From NCBI GenBank assembly GCA_041690295.1, contig JAWLHR010000001.1, positions 32,001 through 96,000 of the forward strand: a DNA stretch of 64,000 nucleotides. The letters run 5' to 3'. Positions 47,092 to 55,212 of this stretch are shown here, piece by piece; position 1 is the stretch's first letter; each line of letters opens with the position of its first letter. The notes under the pieces are model-generated. The model was given only the letters and a program-made list of their open reading frames with translations. It was not told the origin of the DNA and made no database searches. The DNA is from Bdellovibrionales bacterium (GTDB lineage: Bacteria; Bdellovibrionota; Bdellovibrionia; Bdellovibrionales; UBA1609). A program made the position numbers and the translations under genes.

Positions 47092-47880
47092 ATGGAAGTT
47101 TCACTGCGACATCAGATAAAAGTGGGCATCTTCGTGACCATCGGCCTGGTGATGTTCTGCGTGTCCATCATTTTGTTGGGCGGGGATCGTTTCTTTCTAA
47201 AGAAGACTTATGAGTTGAAAGTCCGCTTGCCTCAGGTTCAAGGATTGGCTCGCGGGAGCGTGGTCAGTTTGGCCGGTGTGCCCGTGGGCAATGTTCGCGA
47301 ACTGAATTTCGTGCAGGGCTCCACCGACATCGAAGTGACTTTCAACGTCGAGCATGCGGTTCATAATCGGATCACCGTGGGTTCACGCGCATCGGTGAAA
47401 ACTCAAGGTGCTTTGGGTGATAAATATATCTACATCGAGCCCGGTCCTCCCGATGCCCAACCGCTCGCACCCGGAAGCCTCGTGGACACGGATCAAACGC
47501 CCGACTTTCTGGATTTGATCGCCAGCAAAGGTCAGGAAATGGGCGAGATCATCGAAGTTATCAAGGAAGTGCGCAAACTCTTCGCCAGCATGAATCAGGA
47601 CGGCCGAAGCGGCAAATTGATGTCCAACCTCGTGCAATCCACGGAATCGTTGCACCAGTTTTTATCTGAGGGCCGGGAGACATTTCGCCTCTTGCGCACG
47701 CAAACGCTTGAGCCCATGGCCAATGTCATGAAGAAAATCGATAAAGGCCAAGGCACTTTGGGGGCGTTGATCAACGATCCCACTTTGCATTCCCGGCTGA
47801 CTAACTTCCTTGGCAAATCGCCGCGCAATCAGTTCTTAAAGCCGCTCATCCGGGATTCAATTCAGGCGAGTGAAAAGTAG
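47092..47880 (+). CDS. mlaD: MlaD/MCE-family protein
   Basis: N-terminal TM, GLARGSVVSLAGVPVGNV, GALGDKYIYI, GQGTLGALIND. Confidence 0.9.
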   Translation: MEVSLRHQIKVGIFVTIGLVMFCVSIILLGGDRFFLKKTYELKVRLPQVQGLARGSVVSLAGVPVGNVRELNFVQGSTDIEVTFNVEHAVHNRITVGSRASVKTQGALGDKYIYIEPGPPDAQPLAPGSLVDTDQTPDFLDLIASKGQEMGEIIEVIKEVRKLFASMNQDGRSGKLMSNLVQSTESLHQFLSEGRETFRLLRTQTLEPMANVMKKIDKGQGTLGALINDPTLHSRLTNFLGKSPRNQFLKPLIRDSIQASEK

Positions 47881-49234
47881 CGGTAATAGCTGAAGCCAAG
47901 CCTTTGTTCCGCATCCATTCTACGAGTTCCGTCTTCGCCGTGCTCAGTTGCAGCGCGCGTTTTTGATCCCTTCGATCGTGACCCTTGCCGATAAACGCCG
48001 GGGGGATGGGGAAAAGCCCAAAATTAATGTTGGTGGGTTGAAAGTATTCGTTGTCTTCGGTGATCGCGTTCAAAAGCGAACCGAGCGCCGTCGCCCGCGG
48101 CGGCAACGAAATCTCACGGCCCGACACTTTGTCGTTGAGGAAGTGAGCCACAAGCAATCCAATACAGGTCGAATCGAAATAACCTTCCACACCCGTGATC
48201 TGACCGGCGAAGAACAACCATTCATCTTTCTTCGACGATAGGACCGGCGTCAGCTTCTTGGGAGTTTGTATATAAAGATTGCGATGGATGCTTCCCAGTT
48301 TCAAAAACTCCGCCTTTTCCAAACCGGGAATCATGCGGAAAACACGAACCTGTTCGCCGTAAGCCATCTTGGTTTGAAAGCCCACCATATTGTAGGCCGT
48401 GCCCTGTTTGTTGTCCTGCCGAAGTTGAACCACGGCGTACGCCGTTTTATTCGTCCACGGATGGCGTAAACCCTTTGGCGACAGTGGTCCGTAGCGCAGA
48501 GTCTGATCTCCACGCGCGACGATCTCTTCGATCGGCATGCAACCTTCAAAGAAGGGCGTGTCTTTTTCGAACTCCTTGGGCTCCACTTTGCGCGCGGTCT
48601 TAATCGCTTCGACCAGAGCCATGTATTGCTCTTTGTTCATTGGGCAATTGTAGTAATCGCGATTGCCCTTGCCGAATCGGTCGGCTTTGTAAGCCACGAA
48701 CTTATCGATGGTGTCCGCATCCACGATGGGCGCAATGGCATCAAAGAAGTAAAGAAACTCACCATCGAAATGCTCGCGCATGGACTGCGCCAGATCGTTA
48801 TCCGTCAGCGGTCCCGTGGCGATCACCGCCGGGCGCGGAATTTCATCAAGGTTGCGGATCACATCATGCCGGATTTCAATGCGTGGATGGTTCTCAATGG
48901 CTTCGGTGATGTATTGGGCGAAAACTTCACGATCCACGCCCAAGGCCATACCCGCCGGCACTTGCGCGTGTTTGGCCGCGCGAAGAATCAGGCTGCCCAA
49001 TTGCTCGGCTTCCCATTTCAGTTGTCCCGGCGCGGAGTAATCGGTGGTGCTCCCCAGGGAGTTAGAGCACACCAATTCGCCTAAACGATTGGTTTTGTGG
49101 GCTGGTGTGAAGTGACCGGACCGGCGCATTTCGTAAAGAACAACGTTATGGCCCATCTGCGCGAGTTGGTAGGCGCACTCGGACCCGGCGAGACCGCCGC
49201 CGACCACCGTGATTTGCCGTCGATCATTGATCAT
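47846..49234 (-). CDS. trmFO: Methylenetetrahydrofolate--tRNA-(uracil-5)-methyltransferase TrmFO
   Basis: GGGLAGSE, ELVCSNS, ATGPLT, FFDAIAP, FEGCMPIE, VGFQT, AGQITGVEGY; AGGAG RBS before 49234. Confidence 0.96.
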   Translation of the reverse strand: MINDRRQITVVGGGLAGSECAYQLAQMGHNVVLYEMRRSGHFTPAHKTNRLGELVCSNSLGSTTDYSAPGQLKWEAEQLGSLILRAAKHAQVPAGMALGVDREVFAQYITEAIENHPRIEIRHDVIRNLDEIPRPAVIATGPLTDNDLAQSMREHFDGEFLYFFDAIAPIVDADTIDKFVAYKADRFGKGNRDYYNCPMNKEQYMALVEAIKTARKVEPKEFEKDTPFFEGCMPIEEIVARGDQTLRYGPLSPKGLRHPWTNKTAYAVVQLRQDNKQGTAYNMVGFQTKMAYGEQVRVFRMIPGLEKAEFLKLGSIHRNLYIQTPKKLTPVLSSKKDEWLFFAGQITGVEGYFDSTCIGLLVAHFLNDKVSGREISLPPRATALGSLLNAITEDNEYFQPTNINFGLFPIPPAFIGKGHDRRDQKRALQLSTAKTELVEWMRNKGLASAITATFHSPELNPG

Positions 49235-49249
49235 GCTACTCAACTCCTA

Positions 49250-49663
49250 ATGGCAAACGAAAAACCAAAACCACGTCCCAAACGGAACTCTGAATTACTG
49301 ACTGCGTCGAAAGTCCTACAGGGTCTTTTGGGTCATGGCAAGTCGCCTCTTTCCGATCAATTCCTCAGATGGAAAATATGGCGGTTTTGGCCGGAAATCG
49401 TTGGCACCACGTTGGGAAAATTCTGCGAACCCGTCGGCTTTGAACGCGGAAGATTGTACATCTGGGTGAAAAGTTCGGCGCGAATGCAGGAGATTTCATT
49501 CTTCGCCGACTCTTTGCTGGAAAAAGTAAACAGCTATGTGGGCCGTCGCTGGGCCCGCAGCATCCGTTTCACTCTCGACCGTCACGGTGTCCCCCACTCC
49601 GAAGAAATGTCTCCGGAGTTCAAAAAATTTCTCGAACCACCTAAAGACGAACCGCAACCTTGA
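49250..49663 (+). CDS. DUF721/DciA-family protein
   Basis: WPEIVG...LYIWVKSSARMQEI...IRF pattern. Confidence 0.8.
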   Translation: MANEKPKPRPKRNSELLTASKVLQGLLGHGKSPLSDQFLRWKIWRFWPEIVGTTLGKFCEPVGFERGRLYIWVKSSARMQEISFFADSLLEKVNSYVGRRWARSIRFTLDRHGVPHSEEMSPEFKKFLEPPKDEPQP

Positions 49664-49750
49664 GGCCGGCCGGTCGCCGCAGGTGCGAAGCCACCTGGGC
49701 GCGCAAAACAACATCGATGATCAACAACAAAGCTGAGCGCACACGTTCCA

Positions 49751-51712
49751 TCAATGACAAAGTTGAGTCGCGGCGGAAGCGATAAAGATTTCGTAATAAT
49801 CCGGCGGCGGAACGAATTCAGGACCGACAGCCATCGGTATGAAACCTTGAGGTGTGGCGAAGACGCGAACGCCAGGAGCGAACGGAAGTCTTAACCGAGC
49901 TGCCAAAGGCGCCGGAACGATAACTCCCGTACCCGTTCGGGTTTGCACGCTGAAAGTTCCCGGCTGACAAACCACCTGGCATGCGACCGGATAAAGATGC
50001 GGCACCGGTCGACGCGGAAAACATTGTCCCGGCGGACCGAAACGAATCGGAGCCGGTGGCTGACCGGGGGGCACATATCCATCTTGCGGCAACGACGGCC
50101 CCGGTTGCGGCGGCAACTGAGCCAATCGGGTTTTGGCCGGCGGCTTGATCGCGGGTCCGGGCGCGGCCACTTTAGGTGACTTTTTCATTTCCGGTTTCGG
50201 CTTGGTGACCTTCGGCTTTGGCACTTCAGCGTAATCCCGTTCTGTTTTCGGTTTAGTTTCAGGCGCTGAAACAGGCGGCTTTGTCACCGAAGGCGGAGTC
50301 GGTTTGGGCTGAGGCACGGGTTTCGCGTCCATGTTGATCGGCGGAACGATTTTATCTTCTTTCTCCGAGGGGGCCGGGGGCTGCGGCTTCACTTCAGGCG
50401 CGGCGGCCACTTCCTGCTTCGTCAAATCAGGCTTGCGCACCGGAAGAGGCGGGGGGATTTTCGGACTTTTTCCGACTTCCCTCAGCGCTCGTAAAATTTG
50501 ATCACGATCCTTTTCCACTCCGGTGGCCAGATGCAAAGTCGCCAAAGCAGTGGCGACCGCCGCCGAGTTCGAAGTTGAAAACGGCAAAGAGCCATCCTTC
50601 AACTTCACCATGGATTTAAAGCTCACATCCGGCTTGTAATGGGAGATCGAGCGGCTTGTTTTGTCGTCATCGGAAGCGCCAACCACGATCACTCGCGGAT
50701 TGTCCGCCGGAGGAAGCAAAGTCTCATCCGTGGTCGGATCCACCAAACTGATGCCGCCGCCGCTGGCGGTGATACGAAGCGTGTCGCGATTCGGAGAAAA
50801 ATTTTGCGACTTCACTTTCACCCGGATTTCAAACTTCCCCTTCGGCACTTTGGTTTCGATCAACTCGCGCGGAAAGAGCGAGGCCGTTTCACCGACCGAG
50901 GAATCCTTGACGCGAACTTGGGTCCGATCCGAAACGATCGTCTCCTTTTTTTTGCCGAAGGAGACGTATAAATCCAAATCTTTATCGGTTCCACCCTGCG
51001 GGTGATCGGTAAAGTCATTCCACGAGAGGACCACCCGAAGAATACAGTTTTTCTCCTTGGGCGGTGGTTTGCAATCGCCGGTCACACGGTCCACATCCTT
51101 GCCCTTCACCGTTTTGAACACCACCCACTCACCGTCGCTTCCGGTTCGCACAGGCTTCAAAACCGTCGTGCGGCCGAAATTACCGGCGGCATTGATCCAG
51201 ACAATTCCGGAATCCATCGCCTTGTCCACAAGCGCGTTGATAAAACCTTTTCCATCCCCATTGCCGCCGTACTCCCAAACTTGAGAATACAAAACGAGGT
51301 CCATTGAATTTTTTATGACCTCGTCGACCGCATGGGCGAATTTTGTATAGCCGTAACTGTTATAGAGATGCAGCTCGTAATCGATCGGCACTTTGCTTTC
51401 TTTAATAATTCGCGCAACCAGTTGCGCCATGAAAGTGCCATGGAATGAAGGCTGTTCAATGCGATCGGCCGCGCTTTCCGCTCCCCTGTAGTAATACGTT
51501 TTTTGCGGGAGCGTCCTGCCGATTTCCGCCTCATGTCCATTGAATCCATTATCAAGAATCGCGATCTTGACCGTACGGGTGCCTGTCTTCCCTTTGAACC
51601 GGGATAACTTCAGCTCCTTGAGAATAGGATCAAGCTTGTCGATTTCCGGGATAATAGAAGATGACGGCTGCGCTTGAGCCGTCATCAGGATCGAAAGAAT
51701 AAGCCACATCAC
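49751..51712 (-). CDS. Secreted S8 (subtilisin-like) protease with a Pro/Lys-rich C-terminal extension
   Basis: Signal peptide; IAILDNG (Asp), HGTFMA (His), NAAGN (oxyanion Asn), FSTSNSAA (Ser). Confidence 0.8.
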   Translation of the reverse strand: MMWLILSILMTAQAQPSSSIIPEIDKLDPILKELKLSRFKGKTGTRTVKIAILDNGFNGHEAEIGRTLPQKTYYYRGAESAADRIEQPSFHGTFMAQLVARIIKESKVPIDYELHLYNSYGYTKFAHAVDEVIKNSMDLVLYSQVWEYGGNGDGKGFINALVDKAMDSGIVWINAAGNFGRTTVLKPVRTGSDGEWVVFKTVKGKDVDRVTGDCKPPPKEKNCILRVVLSWNDFTDHPQGGTDKDLDLYVSFGKKKETIVSDRTQVRVKDSSVGETASLFPRELIETKVPKGKFEIRVKVKSQNFSPNRDTLRITASGGGISLVDPTTDETLLPPADNPRVIVVGASDDDKTSRSISHYKPDVSFKSMVKLKDGSLPFSTSNSAAVATALATLHLATGVEKDRDQILRALREVGKSPKIPPPLPVRKPDLTKQEVAAAPEVKPQPPAPSEKEDKIVPPINMDAKPVPQPKPTPPSVTKPPVSAPETKPKTERDYAEVPKPKVTKPKPEMKKSPKVAAPGPAIKPPAKTRLAQLPPQPGPSLPQDGYVPPGQPPAPIRFGPPGQCFPRRPVPHLYPVACQVVCQPGTFSVQTRTGTGVIVPAPLAARLRLPFAPGVRVFATPQGFIPMAVGPEFVPPPDYYEIFIASAATQLCH

Positions 51713-51718
51713 AGAAGA

Positions 51719-52312
51719 TTAGAACCAACGACAATAAGCGATGATGAAATTCGAATCGGAGTACGCATAGTACGGAGCGTACGCGAATTTATAACCGCTG
51801 TAATAGTACGAAGGATAGAAATACGACTGATAGTAGCTCGGATAGTAACCGCAACCATTGCAACCGCTATAAGATCGGTAATAGGGGCGGTAATACGGCC
51901 GATAGTACGGTTTGTAATAGGGCTTATAGTAGCCGTTGTAGCCGTTATAGCCGTTATATCCGTAGTAAGAATCGTAGTAACCGAACGACCAAGACGAGGT
52001 ACTCGAAGTCGCGTCCAACTCATTGCTGGAGTTCATCGCGAGACCAGTCATTTCGGAATTCACCGCCAGCTTGGTGAACGAAAGTTTGCTGGTGTCGATT
52101 TTTCCTTCCGGCAGTTTCTCGTTGAGATGCACAACTTCCACTTCATTCGGGTTGTCTTTGTTGATGCGGATCACAACCGTCTGAGGAAGACTTTTGGAAA
52201 GCGCGATTTGCTCTTCGGAATACTTGCTGACCTCATCCAACTCGTGAGCTTGAGCGGCCGGCATACCAACCAGGGCCACACCCAGCATCAGTGACATGAT
52301 ACCTTTGAACAT
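51719..52312 (-). CDS. Secreted protein with a tyrosine-rich repetitive C-terminus
   Basis: AAGGAGG RBS; signal peptide ending AQA; 33 Tyr in the last 90 aa; (YNG)3 then YYKP-YYKP-YYRP-YYRP-YYRS. Confidence 0.85.
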   Translation of the reverse strand: MFKGIMSLMLGVALVGMPAAQAHELDEVSKYSEEQIALSKSLPQTVVIRINKDNPNEVEVVHLNEKLPEGKIDTSKLSFTKLAVNSEMTGLAMNSSNELDATSSTSSWSFGYYDSYYGYNGYNGYNGYYKPYYKPYYRPYYRPYYRSYSGCNGCGYYPSYYQSYFYPSYYYSGYKFAYAPYYAYSDSNFIIAYCRWF

Positions 52313-52428
52313 TAAGAACCTCCTTCTAGGTGGGTACGTCCGTGTCACTAACACTGTTAATGGAGGTTCGCAAATGAGAGTTCAATGAACTCGCCTGCTT
52401 CCTTTTACAAATTTACATTATTTATAAG

Positions 52429-52463
52429 CGGGCCGAATCGAATCTTCATTCGACCCGGCCCAG
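52429..52463 (-). terminator. Hairpin, probable terminator of the DUF4382-like gene
   Basis: GGGCCG..TCGAAT-loop-ATTCGA..CGGCCC inverted repeat about 25 bp past the stop; AT-rich tail. Confidence 0.5.
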
Positions 52464-52488
52464 CAAGGAGATGTTATTCAGGAAATAT

Positions 52489-53217
52489 TTATAATAGGAA
52501 CCATTCAGGCAACTCATCGGGGTCAATTTCGGTTTCGTCTATGCCACCGCCCCCTTGGTCGCCATCATTATTATTATCGCTCTCATCCGTACCGTCGGTG
52601 ACCGGCACTTCCGGTCCGCCCTCGTCGGTGATCACGGTAAAGGAAGGTAATTTTAACACAGGCTTGAGCAGGCAACCCCCGTTGCCGGTAAGTACAATCG
52701 ATTTCTCGGCGTCGAAATCGATGGTCATGGAATAAGAAGCTCCTTCCAGAATCGTGACCGGAGATTTCAGGTTCACCTTTAAACCTGATTGCTGCGCGCT
52801 TGGAGTTTTGAGTTCACAGACACTCTCATCACCTTTGACGATGTAGTTGCCCGTATCCTCTAAAATGATGCGAAAGCCTTTAACAATTATATCCGCCGGC
52901 ATATCCAGATCCTGAACCGGAAGGAGAATGCCGTTTCGTAAAGTCAGGAGATCCACATCCCCTAAACCTTCACCGATCTTAAGCCGGGCCTTTTTACCTT
53001 TATGAGCCAGCATCAATTCAATACGCTTCACATTGACGTGCACTTCATTGATTTCGGCTTTGGGTTTATCCGTGAGATTCACCCGAAAATTGGCCGGTTT
53101 CTCGGCATAAGACGACAATTTGTTTTTTCCCGGACCAGATCCGCCATCGCTTGATCCGCATCCGGATATCGTCAAACAAATCGACAAAAAAAGACGTTTT
53201 AGTATTCTTTGTTTCAT
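52489..53217 (-). CDS. DUF4382-domain lipoprotein
   Basis: Lipobox ISGC; VNLTDKP, DVDLLTL, LKTPSAQQSGLKV, IDFDAEKSIV, LLKPVL; acidic tail. Confidence 0.85.
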   Translation of the reverse strand: MKQRILKRLFLSICLTISGCGSSDGGSGPGKNKLSSYAEKPANFRVNLTDKPKAEINEVHVNVKRIELMLAHKGKKARLKIGEGLGDVDLLTLRNGILLPVQDLDMPADIIVKGFRIILEDTGNYIVKGDESVCELKTPSAQQSGLKVNLKSPVTILEGASYSMTIDFDAEKSIVLTGNGGCLLKPVLKLPSFTVITDEGGPEVPVTDGTDESDNNNDGDQGGGGIDETEIDPDELPEWFLL

Positions 53218-53244
53218 GGTCCCACCCCTCGGGCTATCAATCTG

Positions 53245-53259
53245 GCAATTAAGGGTCCA
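53245..53259 (-). promoter_or_regulatory. Sigma54 -24/-12 promoter
   Basis: Minus strand TGGACCCTTAATTGC = GG-N10-GC, 27 bp upstream of ATG 53217. Confidence 0.62.
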
Positions 53260-53374
53260 AACTGAAGAACGATTTTTCGGAGAAATTCAGCGAAAAGTGA
53301 CCAACCCAAAGACAACGGGCCTGTCGCGTAAAATCAATTGACGAAATTTTGAGATTTGAAGACCACCGTCAAAA

Positions 53375-55207
53375 TCACTCGACGGTGACGGACTTGGCGA
53401 GATTACGAGGCTGGTCCACATCGTGTCCCAACGCACAGGCCACGTGATAAGCCAGCAACTGCACCGGTATCACTTCGAGAAGCGGCAGAGTGAACCAACC
53501 TGCCTCGGGAATTCCGAGATAATGTTCACACATTTTCTCAAGCCGGTCGGACGCTCCCGTGCCGATGGCGATGATACGACCGCCGCGCGCCTTGGCTTCT
53601 TCAAGGTTGCTCAATGTCTTCTCGTAAAGTTCATCACGGGGAACCAGCGTCACCACCGCCATTTTGTTATCAATCAAAGCCAACGGCCCATGTTTCATTT
53701 CACCCGCGGCATAACCTTCGGCATGAATATAGGCGAGCTCTTTCATTTTCAACGCGCCCTCAAGCGCGATGGGAAAATGAACCCCCCGGCCCAGATACAA
53801 AAAGCCTTTATAGGACCGCAGCTGATCAGCGGCCTCTTTAAAGAACTTGTCTAGGTTCAACACGGTCTCGATCTGCGACGGCGCTTTCAACAGATCCTGC
53901 GCAAGCCTTTTTTCTTCTTCGGGTGAAATCATTTTTTTCGCTTTGCCTAACGCCAGTGCCAATAAGTTCATGAGGGCCAACGTGGCCGAGAACGCCTTGG
54001 TGGAGGCCACGCCGATTTCCGCGCCCGCGTTCATGTAAATATGGCCGTCGGCTTCGCGGTCGATTGATGAAGACCGGACATTGCAAATGCTGATGACCGG
54101 CACGCCCGATTGCTTGGCCATGCGGACCGCCGCCAACGTGTCGGCCGTTTCTCCGCTTTGAGAAATGGAGATGAAAAGCGATTTGGGCGGAAGCACCGGA
54201 TGGCGATAGCGAAATTCGCTGGCGATATCGCATTCCACCGGAACTTTCGCGAGCCGCTCGATCAGATACTCACCCACCAAGCCGGCGTAAAACGAAGTTC
54301 CACAGGCCACGATAAAAACCCGTTCGGTCTCGCGGAACAATTTTTCCGTATCCAAACCAACCCCGGACAACGCCACCGATTGATTGGCGAGATCAACGTG
54401 CGGTTGGATGGCCTGAGCGACGGCGCGCGGCTGCTCGAAAATTTCTTTGAGCATGAAATGGGGAAATCCACCTTTACTGGCCACTTCACTGGTCCAGTTG
54501 ATCTCCACCGGCGGCTTATTCAAAAGTTCGCCGCGCTCGGAAAGAACCTGGTGCGAATTTCCGCGGACCACCACGACCTCACCGTCATCCAGGTAAATCA
54601 CCTTCTTGGTGTAGGGCACCAGAGCTTGCACATCGCTCGCCACGTACATGGCATCCGCGCCCACGCCTAAAATCAACGGCGGACCGTTTTTAAAGGCGAT
54701 CATCGTTTCCGGTTCTTTTTCACAAACCGCCAAAATCGCATAGGCCCCTTGCAGTCGGGGCAACACCTTTTGCACGGCGGTCAGTAGATCGCCGGTCACG
54801 CGCAATTCCCGCTCGATCAAGTGGGCCACAAGTTCCGAATCGGTTTCCGATTCCAAAACCGCGCCGGCCTTGATCAGATCCTCACGCAGTTCCACATAGT
54901 TTTCGATAATGCCGTTATGGACCAGGCTCACGCCGCCCACGCAATGGGGGTGGGCGTTTTGTTCCGACGGTTTGCCATGGGTGGCCCAGCGCGTGTGACC
55001 AATACCCAAATGACCGGCGAAAGTTTCGTTTTCCAAACGGGCGCTGAGGTTCGAAAGCTTGCCTTCGGCGCGCACCCGTTTGAATTCTCCTTCGTGGAGA
55101 ATGGCGACACCGGCACTGTCATAACCACGGTACTCCAGTGCTCGCAATCCGGCTAGCAGGATATCCTTAGGATTTTTTGGTCCCAAATAACCAACGATGC
55201 CGCACAT
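53375..55207 (-). CDS. glmS: Glutamine--fructose-6-phosphate aminotransferase
   Basis: MCGIVG, GHTRWATHG, SQSGETAD, PRNLAKSVTVE. Confidence 0.98.
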   Translation of the reverse strand: MCGIVGYLGPKNPKDILLAGLRALEYRGYDSAGVAILHEGEFKRVRAEGKLSNLSARLENETFAGHLGIGHTRWATHGKPSEQNAHPHCVGGVSLVHNGIIENYVELREDLIKAGAVLESETDSELVAHLIERELRVTGDLLTAVQKVLPRLQGAYAILAVCEKEPETMIAFKNGPPLILGVGADAMYVASDVQALVPYTKKVIYLDDGEVVVVRGNSHQVLSERGELLNKPPVEINWTSEVASKGGFPHFMLKEIFEQPRAVAQAIQPHVDLANQSVALSGVGLDTEKLFRETERVFIVACGTSFYAGLVGEYLIERLAKVPVECDIASEFRYRHPVLPPKSLFISISQSGETADTLAAVRMAKQSGVPVISICNVRSSSIDREADGHIYMNAGAEIGVASTKAFSATLALMNLLALALGKAKKMISPEEEKRLAQDLLKAPSQIETVLNLDKFFKEAADQLRSYKGFLYLGRGVHFPIALEGALKMKELAYIHAEGYAAGEMKHGPLALIDNKMAVVTLVPRDELYEKTLSNLEEAKARGGRIIAIGTGASDRLEKMCEHYLGIPEAGWFTLPLLEVIPVQLLAYHVACALGHDVDQPRNLAKSVTVE

Positions 55208-55212
55208 TCAGA

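Noticed and set aside
51674..52294. Ile/Val-rich plus-strand ORF and Thr/Ile-rich alternative frame 51709-52023
   Set aside because: By-products of the Tyr-codon repeats; only the Tyr frame has an RBS and signal peptide.
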